A DNA stretch of 64,000 nt from Promethearchaeota archaeon (GTDB taxonomy: Archaea > Asgardarchaeota > Heimdallarchaeia > Hodarchaeales > Hodarchaeaceae): assembly GCA_048938105.1 (NCBI GenBank), contig JBHLMN010000024.1:22413-86412 (forward strand). The letters are read 5' to 3'. How positions within the stretch are numbered: the stretch's first letter is position 1; the number at the start of each line of letters is the position of its first letter. The notes under the pieces were generated by a model. The model saw only the letters and a program-made list of their open reading frames with translations, was not told the origin of the DNA and made no database searches. A program made the position numbers and the translations under genes. Below are positions 62,741 through 64,000 of the stretch, piece after piece.

Positions 62741-64000
62741 TTAGATTCTCTTCTGTTTTCGTAATAATATCCCAAGAATGGGAAGGACTATTGCTAGAAG
62801 GATGAAACCGCTAATGATGTTAGCATTAGAAAAAGGGGTAGAATTAGAATCAAGAACAGCTTGTGGATGAGCATCTTGATTCCCTGCATCGCCATCAATA
62901 CTATAGGGGTCGTCAGCAAACCCGTCACCATCTGCGTCGAGTTTCCTCCAATCATCCCAATAATTCTTGTCAAATGTATTATTCAGACCCTTATCGCACG
63001 CCTGAGAGCTGTCATTAGGATTATTTCTTCTAAAAATATTCCACAAGACACTACAATACGAAGACGATCTATCTATTGAAACACCATATCCGCTATTGTT
63101 GGAAACTGTATTATTGGAAATAGTGATGGTATCAGAAGAGCCAAGATGAATTCCAAGCGAATTGTTAGAGATTGTATTGCTGGAAATGGTAATATTGGTA
63201 GAAGTCCAAATGTGAATTCCTTCCTCGTTATAACAGACTGTATTGTTGGAAATGGTAATGTCTGAAGAAATCCCAAGAAAAATTCCCTCCCCAATATTGT
63301 TGGAGACTATGTTAGTAGAAATAACAATAATGGCAGAAGACCCAAGATGAATTCCATGCCAATTGTTGGAGACTATATTACAGGAAATAGCACAATTTTC
63401 AGACTCCATAAGATAAATTCCCTCTCCATTATTGTTGGAGACTCTATTGTTGGCAATGGTAATATCTTTAGAAGATCCAAAATGAATTCCTCCCTCGTTG
63501 TTGAAGACTGTGTTGTTGGCAATGGTAATATCTTTAGAAGACTCAAGATGAATTCCCCCCTCACTGTTAGAGATTGTGTTGTTGGCAATAATGATGATTC
63601 TAGAAGACTCAAGATGAATTCCCCCCTCACTGTTAGAGATTGTGTTGTTGGCAATAATGATGATTCTAGAAAACTCAAGATGAATTCCTCTCTCGCTGTT
63701 GGAGACTGTGTTGTTGGCAATGATAATGATTCTAGAAGACTCAAGATGAATTCCTCCCTCGCTATTGGAGACGATATTGTTGGAAATAGAGTTATTTTCA
63801 GACTCTATAAGATGAATTCCCTCTCCATTATTGTTGGAGACTCTATTGCTAGCAATGGTAATATCTTTAGAAGTCCAAATGTGAATTCCTTCCTCGTTAT
63901 AACAGACTGTATTGTTGGAAATAGTAATGTCTGTAGTGTACCATAGGTAAATTCCGTGATCGCTGTTGTGTGTGATTATATTGTTTAAAATAAAAAGTTC
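62741..64000 (-). CDS. 5'-partial NosD/CASH parallel beta-helix surface protein with C-terminal TM anchor
   Basis: Frame open from the window edge; GIHL.SS..I.I.NN.VSN repeats, NYWDDW, DAHP, TM plus basic tail. Confidence 0.88.
   Translation of the reverse strand, partial: ELFILNNIITHNSDHGIYLWYTTDITISNNTVCYNEEGIHIWTSKDITIASNRVSNNNGEGIHLIESENNSISNNIVSNSEGGIHLESSRIIIIANNTVSNSERGIHLEFSRIIIIANNTISNSEGGIHLESSRIIIIANNTISNSEGGIHLESSKDITIANNTVFNNEGGIHFGSSKDITIANNRVSNNNGEGIYLMESENCAISCNIVSNNWHGIHLGSSAIIVISTNIVSNNIGEGIFLGISSDITISNNTVCYNEEGIHIWTSTNITISSNTISNNSLGIHLGSSDTITISNNTVSNNSGYGVSIDRSSSYCSVLWNIFRRNNPNDSSQACDKGLNNTFDKNYWDDWRKLDADGDGFADDPYSIDGDAGNQDAHPQAVLDSNSTPFSNANIISGFILLAIVLPILGILLRKQKRI
63410..63930. 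repeat. Intragenic 66/69-bp tandem repeats encoding beta-helix rungs
   Basis: actcaagatgaattcccccctcactgttagagattgtgttgttggcaataatgatgattctagaa repeated at 63541 and 63607, with diverged copies on both sides. Confidence 0.9.

Noticed and set aside
63410-63930. Regular repeats as a CRISPR array
   Set aside because: Units are contiguous 66/69-bp multiples of three with no unique spacers and encode beta-helix repeats; ORFs 63347..63946 (+) and 63373..63744 (-) are shadows.

Overview
Archaeal chromosomal DNA, most likely from an Asgard archaeon (Heimdallarchaeia-like). This assignment is inferred from an archaeal histone, eS26, L7Ae-eS28-eL24, Tsr3, ABCE1, a Top3-type topoisomerase and several eukaryote-like proteins (MIT-Vps4, roadblock-like, OST5/TMEM258-like, DPM2-like). 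Housekeeping genes (glmS, pgk, acdB, translation genes) are interleaved with three accessory regions. (1) ~19.9-33.9 kb: the archaeal modified mevalonate operon (mvk, UbiD-type AMP decarboxylase, AcnX-type PMDh L/S, ubiX, fni) is split by inserted DNA. The insert holds a PP2C-like gene, a TPR-RHH gene, an RHH repressor with palindromic operators, and an orphan MIT-Vps4-like AAA ATPase. The ATPase is co-transcribed with a giant protein that has an acidic N-terminus and is broken by one in-frame TAG. A second, inverted, 5'-truncated giant ORF with a PD-(D/E)XK-like motif and degenerate second copies of both PMDh genes follow. This looks like a Vps4-linked polymorphic effector/toxin locus at a recombination hotspot. 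(2) ~35.8-49.5 kb: an opine dehydrogenase plus B12-binding enzyme pair, a RuvC-less TnpB-like ORF, asparagine-synthetase genes and glycan enzymes. (3) ~50.5-53.5 kb: a CRISPR-array-less RAMP operon (PIN-like gene, Cas7-like gene, Cas5-like/Cas10-type HD fusion) that the ORF track fragments because of one frameshift and one premature stop. A k-turn lies in the rpl7ae leader. No tRNA, rRNA, integrase or CRISPR array was recognised. All family calls come from reading motifs by eye; no searches were run.
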